Source of the DNA: Desulfomonilia bacterium
GTDB lineage: Bacteria; Desulfobacterota; Desulfomonilia; UBA1062
Direction of reading: 5' to 3'
Assembly: GCA_050014195.1 (NCBI GenBank)
Contig: JBEKDT010000011.1
Coordinates: 115,469-179,468 of the forward strand
Length of the DNA stretch: 64,000 nt
The notes beneath the pieces are model-generated. The model made no database searches and was not told the DNA's origin. It saw only the letters and a list, made by a program, of their open reading frames with translations. Position numbers and translations under genes: made by a program. Positions 57,188-64,000 of the stretch are shown piece after piece (the stretch's first letter is position 1; each line of letters starts with the position of its first letter).

Positions 57188-58020
57188 GAGCCGCCCTTCC
57201 ATATTGTTTGGTAAAGATCGAATCTTCGATGTGCACTCAAGGGGAACTGTGCCTTGATCTTTTCGATTTCTCTAAGATCAAGCTTCACGACTTGGACAGT
57301 TTCCGAAGTGCCTGCATCAAGCAGGACATCACCCCAAGGGGATGCGACCATGGAATGTCCCCAGGGGATATAGGCAAGACTAGGGTTGTATGCAGGCTGC
57401 ACACCGATGACAAATGCCTGCAGCTCCACTGCCCGCAGCCTTACCAGCATCTCCCAGTGGGCCTTCCCGGTGGTTAAAGAAAATGCGGCAGGGATGAACA
57501 GGAGCCTTACATCCCTTTCAATGAGGATCTGTGCAAGGGGGGTGAACCTGATGTCATAGCACACGATTACGGAAGCATTTCCCCAAGGTGTTGCGAAATG
57601 TCCGAGCGAACTGCCTGGGGCAATAGCTTCTGATTCCCTCACCGATGGGCCTCCCGGCGGTGTGCAGTCGAAGAGGTGGATCTTGTCATGGTGATAGATG
57701 ATCTCTCCATCCGGTCCGATGACATGGGCCCGGTTGAAAAGCCTGTTCCCTTGCGATGTCCAGGGTAAGGAACCGGCAACGATATGGATCTTGCGGCTCA
57801 ATGCCTTGGTTTTCATGATATCAAGGGCCTTCATGCTGAACTGTTTTGCAGAGCGGATTGCCTTGGGCTCATAGGGGGTGGAGAACATCTCAGTAAATAC
57901 TACGATATCAGCCCCCTTGTCTGCAGCCTGATCTACCATGGAGGCAGAATTCATGATGTTGTGTTCGATATCGTAGCTTTGTAGATTCTGGCATACGCCT
58001 ACGGTTACTTGGTCAACCAT
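57184..58020 (-). CDS. Nitrilase-superfamily carbon-nitrogen hydrolase (Nit1/Nit2-like)
   Basis: E-K-C triad in FTEMF, KIHLFD and VCYDIRF; also PAAF, HWEML and WGHSM. Confidence 0.9.
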   Translation of the reverse strand: MVDQVTVGVCQNLQSYDIEHNIMNSASMVDQAADKGADIVVFTEMFSTPYEPKAIRSAKQFSMKALDIMKTKALSRKIHIVAGSLPWTSQGNRLFNRAHVIGPDGEIIYHHDKIHLFDCTPPGGPSVRESEAIAPGSSLGHFATPWGNASVIVCYDIRFTPLAQILIERDVRLLFIPAAFSLTTGKAHWEMLVRLRAVELQAFVIGVQPAYNPSLAYIPWGHSMVASPWGDVLLDAGTSETVQVVKLDLREIEKIKAQFPLSAHRRFDLYQTIWKGGS

Positions 58021-58054
58021 AATGGCTTTCAAGCCTCGTCTTTTTCTGGCCTCA

Positions 58055-60844
58055 TTATCCAATCTGCTCCACACACCTGGGGCAGATATCCGGATGAACC
58101 CGGCTCTTGCCTATGCCCGTGCTGAAATGCCAGCACCTCGGGCATTTCTGTCCTGCCGCCTTGGCGGCCTCCACTCGAAGATTACTGAAGTTCTCACTCT
58201 CCATATATGGCCCATCGCCCTTGACGACATCCACTCCGGAACAGATGAACACATCCTGAAGGAACGGCTCGACTGATTTGAGAAAATCGAGTGTGTCTCC
58301 ATCGGCAACAAGCTTCACATCGGCGTCCAGTGGATGGCCGATGACCTTGTCCCTACGCGCCCCTTCGAGCACCTTGGACACGTCCTGTTTGAGAGCCAGG
58401 ATGCGCTCCCACTTTGCCTGAAGCGAATCATCCTTCAGCGCCGGATCGGAAGACGGCAAGGTGCTTAAATGCACGCTTATCTCCTTGCCGGAAAAGTCCG
58501 GTATAAAGTTCCAGATCTCTTCCGCAGTGAAGGCCAGGATGGGGGCAATAAGCCTGGTAAGTTCCACCAGGATCGTAAACAGTGCGCTCTGGGCCGACTT
58601 GCGCTCCTTTGAGCCTGCCTTGTAGACATAGAGCCTGTCTTTGAGCACATCGAGGTAGAAGGCGCTCATGTCAACCACGCAGAAATTGTGCACCTGCTGG
58701 TAGATGACATAGGGCTCAAATTCCTCATAGGCCCTGCGCACCTTCTCGATAAGCTCCTGGGTTGCATGCAGGGCATAGCGGTCGATCTCGAGCATGTCCT
58801 TATAGGCAACCATATCCGTATCCGGGTTGAAGCCGGAAATGTTGCCCAGCAGGAAGCGGGCAGTGTTCCTGATTCTGCGGTAGGTCTCCACCAGGCGCTC
58901 GACGATTTCCTTGGAGATCCTGATGTCATTCTTATAGTCCTGGGCGCTCACCCACAGCCTTAAGATCTCGGCCCCGTACTTGTCGATGATCTCCTCGGGG
59001 GCGATAGTGTTGCCGAGCGACTTGGACATCTTGCGGCCCTCACCGTCCACCACGAACCCGTGCGTGAGCACGGTCTTGTACGGTGCAGTGTCACGGGTTC
59101 CCACGGATGCCAGCAAGGTGCTGTGGAACCAGCCGCGGTGTTGGTCAGATCCTTCCAGGTACATATCCACAGGGGTTCCAAGCCGCTTATCGTTCTCGCA
59201 CACTGCAGCATAGCTCACACCCGAGTCGAACCACACATCCACGATGTCTTCTTCCTTGACCAGGTTGGCGCCGGAACAGTGTGGGCACACAGTGCCGTCG
59301 GGCAGCAGGTCTTTCACGGGATGGGTGAACCACGCATCCGCGCCTTCCTTCTCGAAAAGACCGGCCACATGTTCAGCGACCTTCTGTGAGGCCAACACCT
59401 CGCCGCAGTCCTTGCAGTAGAACACTGGAATGGGCACTCCCCAGGCGCGCTGCCTTGAGATGCACCAGTCGGGCCTGTTCTCTACCATGCCATAGATGCG
59501 CTCCCTGCCCCACGAAGGGATCCACCGGACGTTCTGGATGGCCTGCAGGGCCTTCTTGCGCAGGTCGCCATGCTCCAGCGAGATGAACCACTGGTTGGTG
59601 GATCGGAAAATGATGGGGTTCTTGCACCGCCAGCAGTAGGGGTATGAGTGGCTGTAGCTGTCTACTGCCAGCAGGGCCCCTTCCCTCTTCAGGGCCTTAT
59701 TCACGTCATCGTTGGCGTCAAACACGAACTTGCCTGCAAACTCGTCAACCTCTTTGGTGAACTTGCCTTCGTTGTCCACGGGCGCATAGATGTCCAGGCC
59801 GTAGACCTTGCCGATCTCGTAGTCTTCCTCGCCGTGGCCCGGTGCGATGTGCACGAGGCCCGAGCCCGCATCGAGCGTGACGAAGGGCGCCAGGATCAGC
59901 AGCGATTCACGGTCGTAGAGGGGATGGCGCGCCTTGAGGTTTTCCATGATTCCGCCCTTGAATACGGCCAAGGTCTCATAGTTCTTTAACCCGATCTGCT
60001 GCATGACCGCATATACTAGGTCATTGGCCATGATGAGAACGCCGTACTCGTCCGTCTTCACAGCGGCATAGTCCAGTTCAGGATGGAAAGCGACGGCGAG
60101 GTTTGCGGGGATGGTCCAGGGCGTGGTGGTCCAGATGACAACATAGGCGTTGTCCTTATATGCCTTGAGCTCCGGCACAACGGTAGAGACGTCCGAGATC
60201 ATCTTGAACCGCACGAAGATGGCAGGCGTCGTCTGGTCGTTGTACTCAACTTCGGCCTCGGCCAGAGCGGTCTGACAGGTGGCGCACCAGTACACAGGCT
60301 TGCGGGCCTTGTAGAGCGAGCCCTTGCCGATGAACTTGCCCAGCTCGCGGACAATGGTGGCCTCATACTTGTAAGACATGGTCACATACGGGTCTTCCCA
60401 CAGGCCGAGCACGCCCAGGCGCTTGAACTCGTCACGCTGGATGTCGAGGAACTTCCCGGCATACTCCCTGCACCTCTTGCGGATCTCAGCCTTTGACATG
60501 CCTGCGATCTCGTCGCCCAGCGAGATCTCCACCTGGTGCTCGATGGGCAGGCCGTGGCAGTCCCAGCCGGGGAGGTAGAAAGTATCGTAGCCCATCATGA
60601 AGAGGGACTTTACGATGATGTCCTTCAGGATCTTATTGAGTGCCGTGCCAAGGTGGATGTGGCCATTGGCATAGGGTGGTCCGTCATGGAGAATGAACTT
60701 GTCTCTGCCTGCAGATGCCTCGATAATCTTATGGTAAAGCTTTTCCTTCTCCCATCGATTCAGGATCTCGGGCTCCTTCTGCACGAGCTTGGCCTTCATG
60801 GGAAACTCTGTATTGGGCAGACACAATGTATCCTTGTAATCCAT
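58055..60844 (-). CDS. ileS: Isoleucine--tRNA ligase (type 1)
   Basis: HDGPPYANG, HLGT (HIGH-like), WTTTPWT, KMSKS and a C-terminal CPRC...CPRC zinc finger. Confidence 0.98.
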   Translation of the reverse strand: MDYKDTLCLPNTEFPMKAKLVQKEPEILNRWEKEKLYHKIIEASAGRDKFILHDGPPYANGHIHLGTALNKILKDIIVKSLFMMGYDTFYLPGWDCHGLPIEHQVEISLGDEIAGMSKAEIRKRCREYAGKFLDIQRDEFKRLGVLGLWEDPYVTMSYKYEATIVRELGKFIGKGSLYKARKPVYWCATCQTALAEAEVEYNDQTTPAIFVRFKMISDVSTVVPELKAYKDNAYVVIWTTTPWTIPANLAVAFHPELDYAAVKTDEYGVLIMANDLVYAVMQQIGLKNYETLAVFKGGIMENLKARHPLYDRESLLILAPFVTLDAGSGLVHIAPGHGEEDYEIGKVYGLDIYAPVDNEGKFTKEVDEFAGKFVFDANDDVNKALKREGALLAVDSYSHSYPYCWRCKNPIIFRSTNQWFISLEHGDLRKKALQAIQNVRWIPSWGRERIYGMVENRPDWCISRQRAWGVPIPVFYCKDCGEVLASQKVAEHVAGLFEKEGADAWFTHPVKDLLPDGTVCPHCSGANLVKEEDIVDVWFDSGVSYAAVCENDKRLGTPVDMYLEGSDQHRGWFHSTLLASVGTRDTAPYKTVLTHGFVVDGEGRKMSKSLGNTIAPEEIIDKYGAEILRLWVSAQDYKNDIRISKEIVERLVETYRRIRNTARFLLGNISGFNPDTDMVAYKDMLEIDRYALHATQELIEKVRRAYEEFEPYVIYQQVHNFCVVDMSAFYLDVLKDRLYVYKAGSKERKSAQSALFTILVELTRLIAPILAFTAEEIWNFIPDFSGKEISVHLSTLPSSDPALKDDSLQAKWERILALKQDVSKVLEGARRDKVIGHPLDADVKLVADGDTLDFLKSVEPFLQDVFICSGVDVVKGDGPYMESENFSNLRVEAAKAAGQKCPRCWHFSTGIGKSRVHPDICPRCVEQIG

Positions 60845-61262
60845 CCTTTCCTCCTTGCATTTTCGCGCCTGACGAATCTATCCCACAAGACAAATGGTTG
60901 TCAATGGCCTCAGGCCTGTAAGAGCCTGGACAGGCGCAGGGAAATAGACGAGCTAAAAAGTGACCAGTGACCAGAAAAGGTAAACGTACCCCAGGAGCAG
61001 GCCTTGTGCCTGTCCGCCAGAATGTATAGTGTTTCAAAACAGGTCTTTATGCCTGTTATGGGAATACGATTTCCCTATTAATTTTGTGATATCCTACGCC
61101 ATCGCATTCAATGGCTTACCGTAATCTACAATCTCACCTAATGAATTTGAGGTGATGATTTGTAAATAAAATATTCAAAGAGTGTGCTTTCTGAAAAATG
61201 GATTATTAGAGGTGACCTAAATATGATAATACTTTCTCTTCTCAGTGTTAGTGGAGGTATTG

Positions 61263-63557
61263 ATGCGAGAGGTATCTACCTATAAGACATGGTTTAATAA
61301 AAATAATCAAAAAATTATTATCATTTCTATATTTTTGATCATAACAATTTGCATTACCTATGGGCAAGTTGTAAATCATGAATTTATTTCTTTTGATGAT
61401 GACCAATATATTTTTAACAATAACAATGTTATTCATGGCTTAAATGTAAAAAGCTTTCTTTGGGCCTTAACGTCTTTCTATCCTGATTATTGGCACCCAA
61501 TGACATGGTATTCCCACATGTTGGACTGTCAGATGTTCGGATTGAATTCCGGCATGCACCACCTTGTGAATGTGTTTTTCCACATATCAAACACATTATT
61601 AGTTTTTATTGTATTTTATAGGATGACAGGGGCCTTATGGAAGAGTGCTTTTATTGCTGCTTTATTTGGTCTTCATCCGCTTCATGTTGAATCGGTTGCA
61701 TGGGCAGCAGAACGCAAAGATTTACTCAGCACATTCTTTTGGATGCTCACTATGTTGAGCTATCAAAAGTATGTACAGCAACGTAAAATACAAAGGTACT
61801 TAATAATGATTCTCTTCTATATATTGGGGCTTTTATCTAAGCCCATGCTAGTAACATTGCCTTTTACATTGCTACTTCTTGACTATTGGCCCCTACAAAG
61901 ACTCCGTTTACAAAGCAGCCATCTGGAAAAAGCAGGTCCATATCGAGATACCAATTTAAACCTTATATGGGAAAAAATACCATTAGTTATACTTGCGATT
62001 TTATCAAGTCTAATTACTTTCCTGGCTCAGCATGCTGTTGGAGCTATGAGTTCCTTAACTGCACTCCCTATTCATATAAGGATTATCAATATTATTGAGT
62101 CATATGCGTTCTATATTGAAAAGATACTCTGGCCCTTACATTTAGCTGTTATTTACCCATATTCTCCAGAGTTGGTATCATTGTGGTTTTTTGTTATTGC
62201 TTGTTTTTTGATTATAATCATTTCTGCAGCAGCATTTATAACTTCCATTAGGTACCCATGGTTTATTGTCGGTTGGCTGTGGTACCTTGGAACACTTGTT
62301 CCTGTAGTGGGGATAGTCCAAGTAGGGTTGCAGACTATGGCAGATAGATATACATATATACCCTTAATAGGATTATTCATAATATTTGCTTGGGGTCTGC
62401 CAGAACTTTTAAAGAGATGGCAATACAGACAGATAGTATTAGAGGTATCTGCAGGAATTATTCTATCAATACTCATAATTATTTCATGGGTACAAATAGG
62501 ATATTGGAAGAATGACTATACATTGTTTGGGCATGCCCTTAAAGTGACTGAGAATAATTATGTGGCCCATAGCTATATAGCCAAGTCTCTTATTGATCGG
62601 GGCGATTTTGATAGCGCAATAAATCATGGAACTGAGGCTCTGAGGATAAACCCAAACTATTCATATACATATTATATTATGGGGCTTGCTCTTAAAAATA
62701 AAGGAGATCTTTCAGGGGCAATTGATAATTATTCTAAAGCAATACGACTAGATTCGAATTCTATAGAAGCCTATAACAATCTTGGTAACATATATGGTCA
62801 ACAGGGTAAGTTTAACGATGCTATAAAACAATATTCTAAGGTACTTGAGATAAATCCGGGCTCTGAAGTTGCAAATGTTAACATGGGCATTACGTTAGTC
62901 AATCTGAGTAGAGTAAATGAAGCAATTCATTATTATAACAAAGCCCTTCTGATTAAGCCTGACTATAAGGAAGCAGAGTATAATATTGGTGTTGCGCTAT
63001 TACTACAAGGGAAGATTGATGAGTCAATTCAACATTATAAAAAAGTTCTAATAATAGATCCTCGATATATGAATGTTAATGAGATTTTATTAAAGTTATT
63101 AGAGCACAAAAGCAAAATAGAAGCTGCAACAGCTGATTTAAAAAGGAAATTATTGAATGACTCTAGGAATACAGGAGATTATATAAAGTTAGGCGATATC
63201 TACTTAAGTAGTGGAGATAGAACCATGGCAGTAGCAAGTTATGAGAAGGCAGTATCAATAGAGCCTGAAAATGTGCAAGCTTTGAATAGATTGGCAGTTG
63301 TGTATTCTGGATGGGAGGATAATGAAAAAGCATTAGATGCAATGATGAGAATTATTAAGGCTCAGCCTGGAATTGTGAGTATGTATTATAACATTGCTTG
63401 CATGTATGCAAAACAGAATATGGTTAATGAATCAATCGGTTGGCTAAAACTAGCAATTGAAAAGGGGTTTCATAATTGGGATCTGATCAAAAAAGACCCT
63501 GATCTTGCTAATATAAGAAACACATCTTGTATAACTGAATTTATGAAAAATCATTAA
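61263..63557 (+). CDS. TMTC-like GT-C glycosyltransferase with TPR repeats (AT-rich gene)
   Basis: FISFDDDQY, YWHPMT, HPLHVESVAW, SKPM and ADRYTY motifs, multiple TMs and C-terminal TPRs; GGAGGT RBS. Confidence 0.88.
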   Translation: MREVSTYKTWFNKNNQKIIIISIFLIITICITYGQVVNHEFISFDDDQYIFNNNNVIHGLNVKSFLWALTSFYPDYWHPMTWYSHMLDCQMFGLNSGMHHLVNVFFHISNTLLVFIVFYRMTGALWKSAFIAALFGLHPLHVESVAWAAERKDLLSTFFWMLTMLSYQKYVQQRKIQRYLIMILFYILGLLSKPMLVTLPFTLLLLDYWPLQRLRLQSSHLEKAGPYRDTNLNLIWEKIPLVILAILSSLITFLAQHAVGAMSSLTALPIHIRIINIIESYAFYIEKILWPLHLAVIYPYSPELVSLWFFVIACFLIIIISAAAFITSIRYPWFIVGWLWYLGTLVPVVGIVQVGLQTMADRYTYIPLIGLFIIFAWGLPELLKRWQYRQIVLEVSAGIILSILIIISWVQIGYWKNDYTLFGHALKVTENNYVAHSYIAKSLIDRGDFDSAINHGTEALRINPNYSYTYYIMGLALKNKGDLSGAIDNYSKAIRLDSNSIEAYNNLGNIYGQQGKFNDAIKQYSKVLEINPGSEVANVNMGITLVNLSRVNEAIHYYNKALLIKPDYKEAEYNIGVALLLQGKIDESIQHYKKVLIIDPRYMNVNEILLKLLEHKSKIEAATADLKRKLLNDSRNTGDYIKLGDIYLSSGDRTMAVASYEKAVSIEPENVQALNRLAVVYSGWEDNEKALDAMMRIIKAQPGIVSMYYNIACMYAKQNMVNESIGWLKLAIEKGFHNWDLIKKDPDLANIRNTSCITEFMKNH

Positions 63558-63607
63558 GATTTTTTCAGGTGATCTTTTCCAATCTCCGACGAGACCGACG
63601 CCCGGCA

Positions 63608-64000
63608 CTAATCCCAAAAAGCGGAATAGACTTGGGCATCATGAGTGCCGTCGCCCGCCAGATCGGTGCGGGTGGTGCCGGTCCAGTAGCAGGGTATGTC
63701 CTTCGTGCCGTCACTGTAGAATCCGGCCGTGTAGACCGTGCCGCCGGACACGGTTATTGAATAGGCATGGGCGCTATGAGTGCCGTCGCCCGGCAGATCG
63801 GTGCGGGTGGTGCCGGTCCAGTAGCAGGGTATGTCCTTTGTGCCGTCATTGTAGCTCCCGGCCGTGTATACCGTGCCGCCGGATACGGTTATTGAATAGG
63901 CATGGGCGCTATGAGTGCCGTCGCCCGCCAGATCCGTGCGGGTGGTCCCGGTCCAGTAGCAGGGTATCCCCTTCGTGCCGTCACTGTAGAATCCGGCCGT
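63608..64000 (-). CDS. 3' end of a repeat protein (45-aa beta-propeller-like repeats); 5' end is outside the window
   Basis: Read manually: TAGFYSDGTKDIPCYWTGTTRTDLAGDGTHSAHAYSITVSGGTVY repeated, ending DAQVYSAFWD-stop (TAG at 63608-63610). Confidence 0.82.
   Translation of the reverse strand, partial: TAGFYSDGTKGIPCYWTGTTRTDLAGDGTHSAHAYSITVSGGTVYTAGSYNDGTKDIPCYWTGTTRTDLPGDGTHSAHAYSITVSGGTVYTAGFYSDGTKDIPCYWTGTTRTDLAGDGTHDAQVYSAFWD
63625..64000. repeat. 135-bp near-identical coding tandem repeat (about 2.8 copies visible)
   Basis: GTCCAGTAGCAGGGTAT recurs at 63681, 63816 and 63951. Confidence 0.95.

Overview
The window looks like a chromosomal segment of an anaerobic deltaproteobacterium (Desulfobacterota-like). 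That assignment is inferred from gene content and the ilvB-ilvN-ilvC-psd-pssA-leuA-leuC-leuD order. It holds about 55 CDS and I found no rRNA, tRNA, CRISPR array or intact transposase. Housekeeping content includes tupA with an Xis-HTH/PBP regulator, wrbA, acyl-CoA dehydrogenase-etfB-etfA, xth, arsC, GldAFG-type ABC genes, dinB, rnhA, the ilv/leu/psd/pssA operon and ileS, plus many c-di-GMP and two-component genes. The best candidate for an undescribed system is a co-oriented trio at 48.1-54.4 kb: a SAM methyltransferase, a tandem-PilZ protein with a GNAT-like C-terminus, and a membrane-anchored hybrid kinase with a V4R/H-NOX-like input domain. It reads like a small-molecule signal synthesis-and-sensing module. 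Other notable points are a tupA-paralog relic starting at the regulator's stop codon, a PEP-CTERM gene with a sigma-54 promoter and two 17-bp enhancer boxes, and an Asd homolog lacking its catalytic Cys. There are also an EtfA with a substituted FAD site, a ferritin-like/receiver fusion, empty repeat-flanked cassette scars and REP elements, several apparently leaderless genes, and an AT-rich TMTC-like glycosyltransferase next to a 135-bp tandem-repeat protein. All product calls come from motif recognition by eye; no database search was run.
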